Shown here piece after piece: positions 28,024-37,950 of a DNA stretch of 64,000 nt. The position numbers were made by a program, and so were the translations under genes. The stretch comes from Candidatus Eiseniibacteriota bacterium (GTDB lineage Bacteria; Eisenbacteria; RBG-16-71-46; JABDJR01): assembly GCA_963783375.1 (NCBI GenBank), contig CAWANH010000029.1, positions 531,072-595,071 on the forward strand, given 5' to 3'. How positions within the stretch are numbered: the first letter of the stretch is position 1; each line of letters starts with the position of its first letter. The notes under the pieces are model-generated. The model searched no databases. It was not told the origin of the DNA and saw nothing but the letters and a program-made list of their open reading frames with translations.

Positions 28024-29226
28024 TCAGCCCTCCCGCACCTCCAGCCCCAATGCCCCCGCGTACCGCGCCACCGCGGTCCGAACCGCCTCGGCGTCGGCGG
28101 CCGGCCGCGCCCCGGCGCCCGATTCGTACCGGCACGAGAGCACCCGCAACCAACCCGCGTCCCGCTCCGCCTTGAGATCCACCCGCGCCACCAGCCGCTC
28201 CCCGGCCAGGACCGGCAGGCAGTAGTAGCCGTAGGTGCGCTTCGCCGCCGGCTTGAAGATCTCGAGCATCTGCTCGAAGCCGAAGAGACGCTGCACGCGC
28301 TTCCGGTCCCAGAGAACCGGATCGAAGGGCGAGAGCAAGACCCCGCGGTCCCGGCGGGGACGAACCGGGCGGAGCCGCCCGGCCAGTTCCAGGTCCCCGG
28401 GCCGGATCCACCCCTTGACCCGCCGCCCGGCATCGTTCAGGGCGCAGGGGACGACCTCCCCCGCGGTGGCCATCTCCGCCAGCGCCCGCTCCACCCCGGC
28501 GCGATGGCGCATGAGCCGGAAGGTCTGTACGATGGCGCCGGTCTCCGCCCAGCCGTGGCCGTCCAGGGCTTTCAGGACCAGGGTCCGGAGCGCCGCCTTC
28601 TCCCCCACCCGCTCCCGGCGCAGCGCCTCGGGGATCACCCGTTCGGCGAGGTCGTAGGCGCGCTGGAAATTTCGCCGCTCGCGGACCGCCAGCTCCCCCG
28701 AGGACCAGAGCGCCACCGCGACCTTCTTCGCCGGGCGGTGCCCCCACCAGGGACCGTGATCCGTTCCTTCGAGATCGGTGGAGCGGAGCGGGCCGTCGTT
28801 GCGGACCCGGCGCAGCAGCTCCCGGGCCAGGTCCCGGTGCTCGACCAGGATGTCCCCCCACCAGGGGTGCTTCCGGAAGCGCTTCCGGCGGAAGGCGAAG
28901 ACCGGGTAGAGATCCAGGGGAAGCCAGGACGCCTCGTGTCCCCAGTATTCGAAGAGCGGCTCGCCGGGTTGAAGGAGGCTCTCCCCCAGTTCCGGAGCGA
29001 ATCCCGGAAGGCGCGACAGCAAGACGATGGCGTGGCTCCGCGCCCCCGCCACCGAGACGGTGTCGAGCTGGAGGTAGCCGAAGCGGCCGATCACCGCGTG
29101 GGCGGCCGCCCGCGCCCGCCGCTCGCCGCGGCCCGCGGAAACCGGAAAGCCCGACCACTCCGGCTTCAGGAGGCCGGCCCGGGCCAGGGCCAGCCGCCGG
29201 GCCCCGGGAACGTCGAGGGTCTCCAT
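28024..29226 (-). CDS. Winged-helix DNA glycosylase of the YcaQ/AlkZ (DUF1006) family
   Basis: The 400-aa product reads ...FGYLQLDTVSVAGARSHAIVL...EYWGHEASWLP...QRLFGFEQMLEIFKPAAKRTYGYYCLPVL. Confidence 0.7.
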   Translation of the reverse strand: METLDVPGARRLALARAGLLKPEWSGFPVSAGRGERRARAAAHAVIGRFGYLQLDTVSVAGARSHAIVLLSRLPGFAPELGESLLQPGEPLFEYWGHEASWLPLDLYPVFAFRRKRFRKHPWWGDILVEHRDLARELLRRVRNDGPLRSTDLEGTDHGPWWGHRPAKKVAVALWSSGELAVRERRNFQRAYDLAERVIPEALRRERVGEKAALRTLVLKALDGHGWAETGAIVQTFRLMRHRAGVERALAEMATAGEVVPCALNDAGRRVKGWIRPGDLELAGRLRPVRPRRDRGVLLSPFDPVLWDRKRVQRLFGFEQMLEIFKPAAKRTYGYYCLPVLAGERLVARVDLKAERDAGWLRVLSCRYESGAGARPAADAEAVRTAVARYAGALGLEVREG

Positions 29227-29227
29227 C

Positions 29228-29749
29228 CTATTCGGCGTCGTAGATCACCAGGCTCATGACCGGCCGGCCCGGAAGCTCCTTCCGCCCGTTCAGGAATCCC
29301 AGCTCCACCACGAAGGCCAGCCCGGCCACCTCGGCCCCCAGCCGCTCCACCAGGCGCACCGCCGCGCCCGCCGTCCCCCCGGTGGCCAGGAGATCGTCCA
29401 CCACCAGGACCTTGTCCCGGGGACCCAGGGCATCCTCGTGGATCTCCAGGGTCGCCTCGCCGTACTCCAGCTCGTAGGACTCGGCGAACCGCTTGGACGG
29501 AAGCTTCCCTTCCTTCCGGATGGGGACGAATCCCACCCCGAGCCGGCGAGCCACCGCGATCCCGAAGATGAAACCTCGGCTCTCGATCCCGGCCACCGCG
29601 GTGATCCCCTCCCCGGCGAACGGCTCGGTGAGGCGGTCCTCGGCCCAGGCGAAGGCCTTGGGATCTCGGAGGAGCGGCGTGATGTCCCGGAACACGATCC
29701 CGGGTTTGGGAAAATCGGGGACGCTCCGGATGAACTGCTTCAGATCCAT
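29228..29749 (-). CDS. apt: Adenine phosphoribosyltransferase
   Basis: [27 protein letters not shown]...[16 protein letters not shown]. The ATG is at 29749. Confidence 0.88.
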   Translation of the reverse strand: MDLKQFIRSVPDFPKPGIVFRDITPLLRDPKAFAWAEDRLTEPFAGEGITAVAGIESRGFIFGIAVARRLGVGFVPIRKEGKLPSKRFAESYELEYGEATLEIHEDALGPRDKVLVVDDLLATGGTAGAAVRLVERLGAEVAGLAFVVELGFLNGRKELPGRPVMSLVIYDAE

Positions 29750-29780
29750 GAAACCCCTCCTCACCGCCGGCCCCGCCGGC

Positions 29781-30845
29781 TCACGCAATGTCGTTCAGCT
29801 TGACGCCCTTTTCCGAAAGTTCGATGAACCGCTTCATCCGCATGAGCGCCGCCTTCTCGATCTGGCGGATGCGCTCCCGGCTCACCCCCAGATGCTCCCC
29901 GGTCTTGGCCAGCGATTGGGCGGTCCCGTCGTCGAACCCGTAGCGAATCCTGAGCACCAGCTCCTCCCGCTCCGAGAGCTTCCCCAGGAGCCGGTTCAGC
30001 CGTTCGCGCTCCAGGAGCCGCTCGATGTACTGCTCGAAACCCGCCGGCGGCTCCGCCATCTCGGTCTCGGCCAGGCTCCCCATGGCGTCCCAGGAACTCT
30101 CGTAGTCCAGGTTCTTGATGCTCCGGATGAGCTGGCGCACCTTGGCGAGCCGCTTGACCGGCTCCCCCATGTCCTTCGCCACCTCGGCCATGGTGGGAAG
30201 ATGCCCGGTGCGATGGCGGAGCCGCGCTTCCACCGCCAGGTAGCGGTTCACGAGCTGCATGACGTGGAAGGGAATCCGCACCGTCCGGGACTGGTTGGCC
30301 ACCCCCCGGGCCAGGGCCTGCTTGATCCACCAGGAGCCGTAGGTCGAGAACCGGAAGCCGCGGGCGTAGTCGAAGCGGTCCACCGCGGCGATGAGCCCCA
30401 GGTTCCCCTCCTCGATGAGGTCCTCGAAAGGCACCCCCCGGCCCCCGTAGCTCCGGGCGATCTTCACCACGAGGCGGAGGTTCGAGACGATGAGCTTCTT
30501 CCGGGCCTCGAACCGGTTGTGGGGGGTGGACCCCTCGCGCATCTCCCGCCCGTAGCGCTGCTCTTCCTCGGCGGTGAGGAGCGGGTGGCGACCGAGGTCG
30601 CGAAGATAGATCTGGAGGGAATCGAGCTCCGCGCCGGACGGCTCCGTCTTGGCCGGGCGGGCGTCCTCCTCGATCTCGAGTCCCAGTTGCCGGGTCACGT
30701 CGAGGAACAGGTCGAACGCGGTCTCGTCGAACTCCTTGTGATCGAGAAGGCCGTCGATCTCGCTCTGAAGGATGTGCCCGCGTTTCGTTCCCGCCTGAAG
30801 GATGCGATGGGTGCGGTCGGCGAAGGTCTCGATGGGTTCGGGCAT
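29781..30845 (-). CDS. RNA polymerase sigma factor, sigma-70 family (RpoD/RpoS-like, regions 1.2 to 4)
   Basis: ...[43 protein letters not shown]...[12 protein letters not shown]...[14 protein letters not shown]... Confidence 0.85.
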   Translation of the reverse strand: MPEPIETFADRTHRILQAGTKRGHILQSEIDGLLDHKEFDETAFDLFLDVTRQLGLEIEEDARPAKTEPSGAELDSLQIYLRDLGRHPLLTAEEEQRYGREMREGSTPHNRFEARKKLIVSNLRLVVKIARSYGGRGVPFEDLIEEGNLGLIAAVDRFDYARGFRFSTYGSWWIKQALARGVANQSRTVRIPFHVMQLVNRYLAVEARLRHRTGHLPTMAEVAKDMGEPVKRLAKVRQLIRSIKNLDYESSWDAMGSLAETEMAEPPAGFEQYIERLLERERLNRLLGKLSEREELVLRIRYGFDDGTAQSLAKTGEHLGVSRERIRQIEKAALMRMKRFIELSEKGVKLNDIA

Positions 30846-30857
30846 CGCTCTCCTTCC

Positions 30858-31139
30858 TCAGCCGGTGATGGTGAACCCGGCGGTGGGGGGATCGTCGGAA
30901 CGCTCCCACTCCTCCTCCACCCGGTCCACCCGCGCCCCTTCCGGTCCCCGCTGGAGCCACTCCAGAAACTCCCGCAACCGGTCCTCCGGGCCCTCGGCCC
31001 GGGTCTCCACGCTGCCGTCGGGGAGGTTCCGCACCCAACCGCCCAGCCCCCGTCGCGCGGCCTCACGCCGGGCCGAGGCGCGGAAGAACACCCCCTGGAC
31101 GTGGCCGTGGATGGTGGCGTGGAGCACGGTGGTGTACAT
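30858..31139 (-). CDS. acyP: Acylphosphatase
   Basis: [41 protein letters not shown]. Confidence 0.85.
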   Translation of the reverse strand: MYTTVLHATIHGHVQGVFFRASARREAARRGLGGWVRNLPDGSVETRAEGPEDRLREFLEWLQRGPEGARVDRVEEEWERSDDPPTAGFTITG

Positions 31140-31301
31140 GGCGTTCCTGGTTCGCGCGGGGCGGGATCCCGCTCCCGCCGTGCGGCTCGACGCACCAGAC
31201 TAGCGCGGAACGCGGCCCGATGGGATTCGAAAGTGACCGCCCGGGGGGCCGGCTCGGCCCGCGCCCGGGAGCCCGGAGACCCCCCCGCGGGGGGATGAAA
31301 A

Positions 31302-31378
<77 letters not shown>

Positions 31379-31527
31379 ACCTCAAGAAACCCGTTCTCGC
31401 GCCCTGCGCCTCCGGGGGAATGGACGGCCGGACACGAGAGCCGATAACTATAGGGATCGCCCCTCGTTCCCGCAAGCCCTCTCCGCTCCCTGGGGCGGAA
31501 TTCAGCGATAGACCGGCCCGACCGCCC

Positions 31528-32031
31528 CTACCGCCCCCCGAGTAGGCCTCCCAGCCCGACCACCCCGGTCACGGCCAGGGTGACCACCACCCCGGCCAGG
31601 AGCACCCCGGCCACGATGGCGGGAAATGACCGGTGAAAGCGAATCCCCAGGAGGAAGGCCAGGGCCGCCCCCGTCCACGCCCCGGTCACCGGGAGGGGCA
31701 CGGCCACGAACAGGGCCAGCCCCCAGGGGCCGTACCGGTCCACCGGGCCGCTCTTCTTCCGGGTGCGCGCGAAGAGCCACTCGAAGAACCGCCCGAAGCC
31801 GGGAAGATGGCTGAGCCAGCGGGAGAGCGGACCCAGGAAGAGCAGGATGGGAATCACCGGCACCAGGTTTCCGGCCACCGCAAAGACGTAGGCGGTGGTC
31901 CAGGGGAGCCCGGCCACCCCGATGGCGTAGGGGATGGCCCCCCGGAGCTCCACGATGGGGAACATGGAGATGACGAAGGTGGTCCACTCCGGCGGGAGGA
32001 ACTGGAAGGCATGGATGACCGCTTCCCTCAC
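31528..32031 (-). CDS. Small membrane protein of the COG2426 / putative small multidrug export family
   Basis: MFPIVELRGAIPYAIGVAGLPW... The product is 167 aa with 4 TM helices. Confidence 0.6.
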   Translation of the reverse strand: MREAVIHAFQFLPPEWTTFVISMFPIVELRGAIPYAIGVAGLPWTTAYVFAVAGNLVPVIPILLFLGPLSRWLSHLPGFGRFFEWLFARTRKKSGPVDRYGPWGLALFVAVPLPVTGAWTGAALAFLLGIRFHRSFPAIVAGVLLAGVVVTLAVTGVVGLGGLLGGR

Positions 32032-32056
32032 CGGCTGGCTCCCGCCGGCCCGCGGC

Positions 32057-32719
32057 TCATCGGGCTTCCACCTCGAATCCGTCCCGGCCCAGAAGCGGCA
32101 CGAAGACGCAGCGGACCAGCGCCTCTTCCCGGGCCCCCTCCCCCTCGCGGGTGTATCGCATGAGGGTCTGCTCCAGGCGGTCCCCCACCGGAGCGACCAG
32201 GATCCCCCCGTCTTCCAGCTGCTCCAGGAGCGCGCGGGGAGCGTGCGGGGCGGCCGCGGTCACCACGATGCGGTCGTAGGGGGCCGCCTCCTTGAACCCG
32301 GTGCTCCCGTCCCCCACCTTGACCACGATCCCCGACAGATCGAGCGCCCCGAACAGCTTCTGGGTCCGCCGGGCCAGATCGGCGATCCGCTCCACCGTGA
32401 TCACCCGGCAACCCATTTCGGTCAGGACCGCGGCCTGGTACCCGGAGCCGGTCCCGACCTCCAACACCTTCATTCCCGGCTCGAGCTTCAGCGCCGCGGT
32501 CATCAGCGCCACCATGTTGGGGGCGGAGATGGTCTGCCCGCCGCCGATGGGGAGCGCGGACCCCGAGTAGGCGTCGTGCTCCATGGCCGGGGGTACGAAG
32601 CGGTGGCGGGGAACCCGTCGCATGGCCTCGATCACCCGCGGGTCGGTGATCCCGCGGCCGATCACCTCGTTCTCCACCATCCGATCGCGGGCCTGGGGGA
32701 AATCGCGCCGTTCGGTCAT
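32057..32719 (-). CDS. pcm: Protein-L-isoaspartate O-methyltransferase
   Basis: MTERRDFPQARDRMVE...VLEVGTGSGYQAAVL...RIVVTAAAP. The ATG at 32719 overlaps the surE stop as ATGA. The track ORF is longer because it runs in the surE shadow frame. Confidence 0.88.
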   Translation of the reverse strand: MTERRDFPQARDRMVENEVIGRGITDPRVIEAMRRVPRHRFVPPAMEHDAYSGSALPIGGGQTISAPNMVALMTAALKLEPGMKVLEVGTGSGYQAAVLTEMGCRVITVERIADLARRTQKLFGALDLSGIVVKVGDGSTGFKEAAPYDRIVVTAAAPHAPRALLEQLEDGGILVAPVGDRLEQTLMRYTREGEGAREEALVRCVFVPLLGRDGFEVEAR

Positions 32720-33468
32720 GGGAGCCGGAGCTCCAGGCCGCGCAGATATTCGAAACCGCGCGCGTCGGTGATGTCGAGAAGGAGCGGGGTGAGCGAGACG
32801 TACCCCTCCTCCACCGCGGCGAAGTCGGTGTCGGACCCGGCTTCCCAGGTCGGGGCGGCCCCCCCGATCCAGTAGTAGTCCCTCCCCCGGGGATCGACCT
32901 TCTTCACGATGGCGTCGTTGTAGACCCGGGTGCCGAGCCGGGTCACCCGGATGCCGCGGATCTCCTCCCGGGCGAGTGGGGGCACGTTGACGTTGACCAG
33001 GAACCGGGAAGGGGGGTCGGCGTCCAGGAGCACCCGGGCCAGTTCGGCGGCGATCGAGGCGGCGACGGCGGGCTCCGGGTGCTTCCAGGAGGTCAGGCTC
33101 ACCGCCATCGAGGGGACGCCCAAGAGCGCCCCTTCCATGGCCGCGGCCACCGTGCCGGAGTAGATCACGTCCTCGCCCATGTTCGGCCCGTGGTTCACCC
33201 CGCTCACCACGAGATCCGGGCGGGCCCCCAGGAACTCGCGCACGGCCAGCAGCACGCAGTCGGTAGGGGTTCCCTCCACCCCGTAGGTGCGGTTCCCGAG
33301 GTCCTTGATCCGAAGCGGGTGGTGGAGGGTGAGGGCGTGGGAGGTGGCGCTCTGCTCGGTGAGGGGAGCCATCACCGAGACCTCGCCCAGCGGGCTCAGC
33401 GCCTCGGCCAGGGCCCGAAGCCCCGGGGCGTGCACCCCGTCGTCGTTGCTGACCAGAATCCGTTTCAT
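32716..33468 (-). CDS. surE: 5'/3'-nucleotidase SurE
   Basis: MKRILVSNDDGVHAPGL...SVMAPLTEQSATSHALTL...GVNHGPNMGEDVIYSGTVAAA. Confidence 0.9.
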   Translation of the reverse strand: MKRILVSNDDGVHAPGLRALAEALSPLGEVSVMAPLTEQSATSHALTLHHPLRIKDLGNRTYGVEGTPTDCVLLAVREFLGARPDLVVSGVNHGPNMGEDVIYSGTVAAAMEGALLGVPSMAVSLTSWKHPEPAVAASIAAELARVLLDADPPSRFLVNVNVPPLAREEIRGIRVTRLGTRVYNDAIVKKVDPRGRDYYWIGGAAPTWEAGSDTDFAAVEEGYVSLTPLLLDITDARGFEYLRGLELRLP

Positions 33469-34223
33469 GCACCCGCTCCGCTCTTCCGCAATCGTTTCAT
33501 CTCACGCACCCAGCGAACGCTTCGTCCCACCAGCCGGAGGAACCGCATGGTGTCCCGTCCCGGGTGGACCTTGCTCACCTCGTCGCCGTAGACCACCGGC
33601 ATGGGAATCTCCACGATGCGAAATCCCAGCCGGGCCGCCTTGATCAGGATCTCCGACTCGGCGTCGAACCGGTCCGACTCCAGGGGAACCGCCCGGAGCA
33701 CCCTGGCCGCGATCCACCGGAAGCCCGACTGGCTGTCGGTGATCCGCGCTCCGGCCAAGCCGCTCACCACCCGGGAGGTGAATCGGTTCACCCTCACCCG
33801 GAGCCAGGGCATGCCCGCCGGTTGCCGCATGCGCGAGCCCACCACGATGTCCGCCCCCGCGGCGGCCCGCAGAAATCCGGGGATCCAGGCCGGATCGTGC
33901 TGACCGTCCGCGTCGAGGGTGATCACCCCACCCGCGCCCTCGGCGAGGGCGACGTCGAAGCCGGTCCGAAGCGCCGCCCCCTTCCCCCGGTTCACCCGAT
34001 GGCGGACCACCCGGATCCCCGCCGCGGAAGCCCGGGCCGGAGCGCCGTCCGTGGACCCGTCGTCCACCACCAGTACCCGCGCCGGCGCCAGCGCCCGACC
34101 CGCCGCCTCGGCTACCGCGGTCAGCGGATCCCCGGCGTTGAAGGCCGGTATCACCGCCCAGGTGGCTCCGGCTGCGGCCGGTTCGGGAGGCGACACGTGC
34201 CCGGAGTCCGGCATCCCGGTCAT
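33465..34223 (-). CDS. Glycosyltransferase family 2 (DPM1-like polyprenyl-phosphate sugar transferase type)
   Basis: AVIPAFNAG...VLVVDDGSTDG...VTLDADGQHDP...VVGSR. The start is likely ATG 34223 (MTGMPDS), downstream of tRNA-Pro. It overlaps the surE start by 4 nt. Confidence 0.75.
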   Translation of the reverse strand: MTGMPDSGHVSPPEPAAAGATWAVIPAFNAGDPLTAVAEAAGRALAPARVLVVDDGSTDGAPARASAAGIRVVRHRVNRGKGAALRTGFDVALAEGAGGVITLDADGQHDPAWIPGFLRAAAGADIVVGSRMRQPAGMPWLRVRVNRFTSRVVSGLAGARITDSQSGFRWIAARVLRAVPLESDRFDAESEILIKAARLGFRIVEIPMPVVYGDEVSKVHPGRDTMRFLRLVGRSVRWVREMKRLRKSGAGA

Positions 34224-34373
34224 CGTGCCCCGCCCGCCCAAAAAAGAGCGCCCGCCGGTCCCATGCGGATCCCGCGGGCGAACGGCCCGTCGAAGCGGTG
34301 AAACCGGTCCGGGCGGCCGCCCGAAACCCTCGGGCCGGCGGCCGGACCACGCGCGCCGTCGGCGGCGATGAAA

Positions 34374-34450
34374 TGGTCGGGGCGACTGGATTTGAACCAG
34401 CGACCACTTGCACCCCAAGCAAGTGCGCTACCAGGCTGCGCCACGCCCCG
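34374..34450 (-). tRNA. tRNA-Pro (anticodon GGG)
   Basis: Manual cloverleaf: CGGGGCG acceptor, anticodon loop TTGGGGT and an encoded CCA. It is a paralog of the tRNA-Pro(CGG) located 3 kb away. Confidence 0.88.
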
Positions 34451-34500
34451 ACCGTAAGACTGTTTTGGGGTCGACGGAGAATACACGAGGAAAATGGGGC

Positions 34501-34881
34501 CTACAACCCCCCGGCCGGGCCGGCGCCGTGATCGAGGTCCTTGAGAAGCATCTGCAGCTCGCGCCGCACCTCCAGGAGAAGGGCGGCCCGGTCCACGTCG
34601 TTGAAGCTGAACTCGAGCTGGTCGCGGATCGCGTCCTTCTCGTCCGAAAGCTTCTTCTTGGCCCCGGCGATGGTGAACCCCTTCTCGTAGAGGAGGTCCT
34701 TGATGAGCATGATCAGCTTCAGGTCCTTCTTCTTGTACATCCGGTTCCCGGCCTTGTTCTTTCGGGGCCGTAGCATCCGGAACTGGGTTTCCCAGTATCG
34801 AAGGACGTGCGGCTTGACCTTGGTGAGGCCGGCCGCCTCGCTGATGGAATAGTAGATCCGCGATTCCGCCTTCTGCTTCAT
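34501..34881 (-). CDS. MerR-family transcriptional regulator
   Basis: YSISEAAGLTKVKPHVLRYWETQF is a helix-turn-helix motif, followed by a coiled coil. Confidence 0.75.
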   Translation of the reverse strand: MKQKAESRIYYSISEAAGLTKVKPHVLRYWETQFRMLRPRKNKAGNRMYKKKDLKLIMLIKDLLYEKGFTIAGAKKKLSDEKDAIRDQLEFSFNDVDRAALLLEVRRELQMLLKDLDHGAGPAGGL

Positions 34882-35897
34882 GGACTCCCCCTGCGGACTT
34901 CGGCGGGAGAGGGATCCTCGGCCTTGGGCTCGCGGGTCATGAGCGCCCGCATGGCATCCCGGGGATCCTCCCCCTCGAACAACACGGCGTATACCCGTTC
35001 CACGATCGGCATCTCGGTCCCGGTCTCCCGGACCAGTTCCCGGGCGGCCCGGGTGGTGTGAACCCCCTCGGCCACCATGCTCATTCCCGCCAGCACCTCG
35101 ACGAGCGGGCGCCCGCGACCGAGTTCCTCCCCCACCCGTCGGTTCCGGCTGTGCCGGCTGGCGCAGGTGGTGACCAGGTCACCGACCCCGGCCAGTCCAA
35201 AGAACGTCTCCGGACGGGCGCCGAGACGCCCCCCCAACCGGGTCATCTCGGCCAATCCCCGGGTGAGAAGCGCCCCCAGGGTGTTGTCCCCGAACCCGAG
35301 CCCGGCCGCGATCCCCGCGGCCAGCGCGATCACGTTCTTGAGGGACACCGCGAGCTCCACCCCCACCACGTCGTCGTTGGTGTAGACCCGGAGCGAATCG
35401 TCGGAGAAGAGCGCCTGCACCGCGTCCGCCGCGCCCGCGTCCCGGGAGGCGGCGACCACCGCGGTCGGATGGCGGAGCGCCACCTCCTCGGCGTGGCTCG
35501 GCCCCACCAAGGACACCGCGGCCCGCCCCGGAAGCTCTTCATCCAGAACCTGAAGCATGAGCCTTTTCGTCTTGATTTCCAAGCCCTTGGCCACGTTCAC
35601 CACCGGGCCGGGCGGGAGGTCGCCGGCGGCGGCTCGGGCCAGCTCACGAAGCGCGAAGCTCGGGACGGCGAAGAGCGTGCATACGGCCCCGCTCAAGGCG
35701 TCGGCCGGGGTGTCGTGAACCGCCAAAGCTCCGGGAAAGGCGATCCCGGGCAGGTACTTCCGGTTCTCCCGGTCGGCGGTCAGGGCCCGGCGCTGGGCCG
35801 GATCGTGGGTCCACCCGGTCACCGCGTGCCCGTTCCGGGCGAGGTGGACGGCCAGGGCGGTTCCCCAGGATCCGAGTCCCAACACCGCGACCTTCAT
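34878..35897 (-). CDS. gpsA: Glycerol-3-phosphate dehydrogenase [NAD(P)+]
   Basis: MKVAVLGLGSWGTALAVHLARNGH... The product is 339 aa. Confidence 0.9.
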   Translation of the reverse strand: MKVAVLGLGSWGTALAVHLARNGHAVTGWTHDPAQRRALTADRENRKYLPGIAFPGALAVHDTPADALSGAVCTLFAVPSFALRELARAAAGDLPPGPVVNVAKGLEIKTKRLMLQVLDEELPGRAAVSLVGPSHAEEVALRHPTAVVAASRDAGAADAVQALFSDDSLRVYTNDDVVGVELAVSLKNVIALAAGIAAGLGFGDNTLGALLTRGLAEMTRLGGRLGARPETFFGLAGVGDLVTTCASRHSRNRRVGEELGRGRPLVEVLAGMSMVAEGVHTTRAARELVRETGTEMPIVERVYAVLFEGEDPRDAMRALMTREPKAEDPSPAEVRRGSP

Positions 35898-36625
35898 CGG
35901 GGGGATTCCTCCGGCTCCGGCTCGGGTTCGGCGACCGCGGCCCTCCGGAGCGCTTCAGGGCGTCCCGCCGAGGCCTCGGAGGGGCGCGCCGCCCCTCCTT
36001 CGGGAGTCTCCGGGCGGTGCTCCCAGATCGCCTGCTCCCGTCCCGCCGCCACCCGGCGCCAGTTGGTGCGATGGCGGACGAGGACCAGCAGCGTGAGGAG
36101 GATGGAAACCGCAAGCACCCAGGGGAAACGCGGCCCCAGGGCGTCCCGGGTGGCCACCACGAAGAGGGGCAGGAGGAGCGACGCGACCCCGGAGGCCACC
36201 GAGACCCAGCCGGTGAACGCCAGCACCGCGGCCCAGACCAGAAAGCTCAGGACCGCGGCCTCGGGGGCGAGACCCAGAAAGACCCCGAGCCCGGTGGCCA
36301 CGCCTTTTCCGCCCTTGAACCGCGCGAAGGGGGTGAACATGTGTCCGGCCACCGCGGCCAGGGCCGCCGCGGCGGGGAGCGCCCCCTGGACCGGGGGCGG
36401 GGCGAGAACGCGCGCCACCGCCACCGCCGCCGTGCCCTTGGCGATGTCCAGGACCAGCACCCCGATCCCCCACTTCCAGCCCAGGACCCGGTAGACGTTG
36501 GTGGCGCCGAGATTCCCGCTTCCGTGACGGCGGAGGTCCACCCCGTGAAGCCGCCCCACCCAGAGGCTCCACGCCAGGGATCCCAGAGAGAAGGCGGCCA
36601 CCAGCGCCGCCGCGGCGGCGATCAT
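35894..36625 (-). CDS. plsY: Glycerol-3-phosphate acyltransferase PlsY, with a roughly 50-aa C-terminal low-complexity extension
   Basis: HGSGNLGATNVYRVLG...FKGGKGVATGLGV. Confidence 0.85.
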   Translation of the reverse strand: MIAAAAALVAAFSLGSLAWSLWVGRLHGVDLRRHGSGNLGATNVYRVLGWKWGIGVLVLDIAKGTAAVAVARVLAPPPVQGALPAAAALAAVAGHMFTPFARFKGGKGVATGLGVFLGLAPEAAVLSFLVWAAVLAFTGWVSVASGVASLLLPLFVVATRDALGPRFPWVLAVSILLTLLVLVRHRTNWRRVAAGREQAIWEHRPETPEGGAARPSEASAGRPEALRRAAVAEPEPEPEESPR

Positions 36626-37950
36626 CGGCGGCGGGCCCGGAAGTCCAGCCGGAGCGGGGTGGCCCGAAGCTCCAGGCGGTCGCGAAAGATGTTCCGGAGG
36701 TAGCTCTTGTAGGCCGCGGGGATCTCATCGGGAGCGTTGGTGAACAGCGCGAGCATGGGTGGGGAGTCCGCGACCTGGGTGACGTAGTAGAGCTTCAGGG
36801 GCTTCCCGTTCTTCCGCATCGGGGGCTGGAGGCGCCCGGTGGCCTCCTCGAGGATCTGGTTCAACACGCTGGTGGCCACCCGGCGTTTCCGCTCGTCGTA
36901 GAGTTCCTTCAGAAGCGGAGGGATCCGGCTCACCCGTTGCCCGGTGAGGGCGGAGACGAAGAGGATCGGCGCGTTGGCCAGGAGGGTGAGCTTTTCCCGG
37001 AGATCGAGCACCACCGATCCGGTGGTGCTGGTGTCCTTCTCCACCAGGTCCCACTTGTTATGGATGATGATCGCCGACTTCCCTTCGTCCACGATCATCG
37101 AGGCGATGCGGGCGTCCTGGGAAGTGATGGGCTCGGTGGCGTCCAGCACCAGCAGGGCCACGTCGCAGCGGTCGAGGCTCTTCCGGGTGCGGAGCGCCGA
37201 GTAGTACTCGACGCCGGTGGCCACGTGACTCCGGCGGCGAAGTCCGGCGGTGTCCACCAGCAGGTACTCCACCCCGTCGTAGCGGAAGGGGACGTCCACC
37301 GCGTCCCGGGTGGTTCCCGCCACCGGGTGGACGATCAGGCGCGGCTCCCCGAGGAGCCGGTTGGCCAGGCTCGACTTGCCCACGTTGGGACGGCCCACCA
37401 GGGCCACGTGGATGGCCTCGACCTCGTCCTCCTGGGGGTTCCGGCGCGGAAGCCGTTTCACGATCGCGTCGAGGAGGTCCCCCACCCCGCGCCCGTGCTG
37501 GGCGGAGAGAAGCTGGGGGTTTCCGAGACCCAGCTCGGCCATCTCCACCGCGTCCAGCTCCTGCTTGGTGCTCTCCACCTTGTTCGCCACCACCAGCACC
37601 TTGCCGGAGTGGGGCCGGAGGTCATCGGCGATCGCCCGGTCCACCGCGGTGAGCCCCTCGCGCGCGTCGAGCAGGAAGAGGATCAGGTCGGCGTCGTCCA
37701 GGGCCAGCCGCGCCTGGGCCAGGATCGCCGCCTCCATGGAGTCGTGGGTGTCGGGGACCAGGCCGCCGGTGTCCATGAGCCGGAACGAGACCCCGTTCCA
37801 GGAGGCCTCGCCTTCCCGGCGGTCGCGCGTCACCCCGGGCACGTCGTCCACGACCGCCTCGGCGCGACCGACCACCCGGTTGAAGAAGGTGGACTTCCCC
37901 ACGTTGGGCCGCCCCACCACCGCCACCATGGGAAGCCGCTGCCGTCTCAT
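36622..37950 (-). CDS. der: Ribosome biogenesis GTPase Der (EngA)
   Basis: MRRQRLPMVAVVGRPNVGKSTFFNR... two GTPase domains and a KH-like domain. The product is 442 aa. The ATG at 37950 is preceded by GGGAGAG. The track ORF fuses it with the upstream DUF512 shadow. Confidence 0.9.
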   Translation of the reverse strand: MRRQRLPMVAVVGRPNVGKSTFFNRVVGRAEAVVDDVPGVTRDRREGEASWNGVSFRLMDTGGLVPDTHDSMEAAILAQARLALDDADLILFLLDAREGLTAVDRAIADDLRPHSGKVLVVANKVESTKQELDAVEMAELGLGNPQLLSAQHGRGVGDLLDAIVKRLPRRNPQEDEVEAIHVALVGRPNVGKSSLANRLLGEPRLIVHPVAGTTRDAVDVPFRYDGVEYLLVDTAGLRRRSHVATGVEYYSALRTRKSLDRCDVALLVLDATEPITSQDARIASMIVDEGKSAIIIHNKWDLVEKDTSTTGSVVLDLREKLTLLANAPILFVSALTGQRVSRIPPLLKELYDERKRRVATSVLNQILEEATGRLQPPMRKNGKPLKLYYVTQVADSPPMLALFTNAPDEIPAAYKSYLRNIFRDRLELRATPLRLDFRARRR

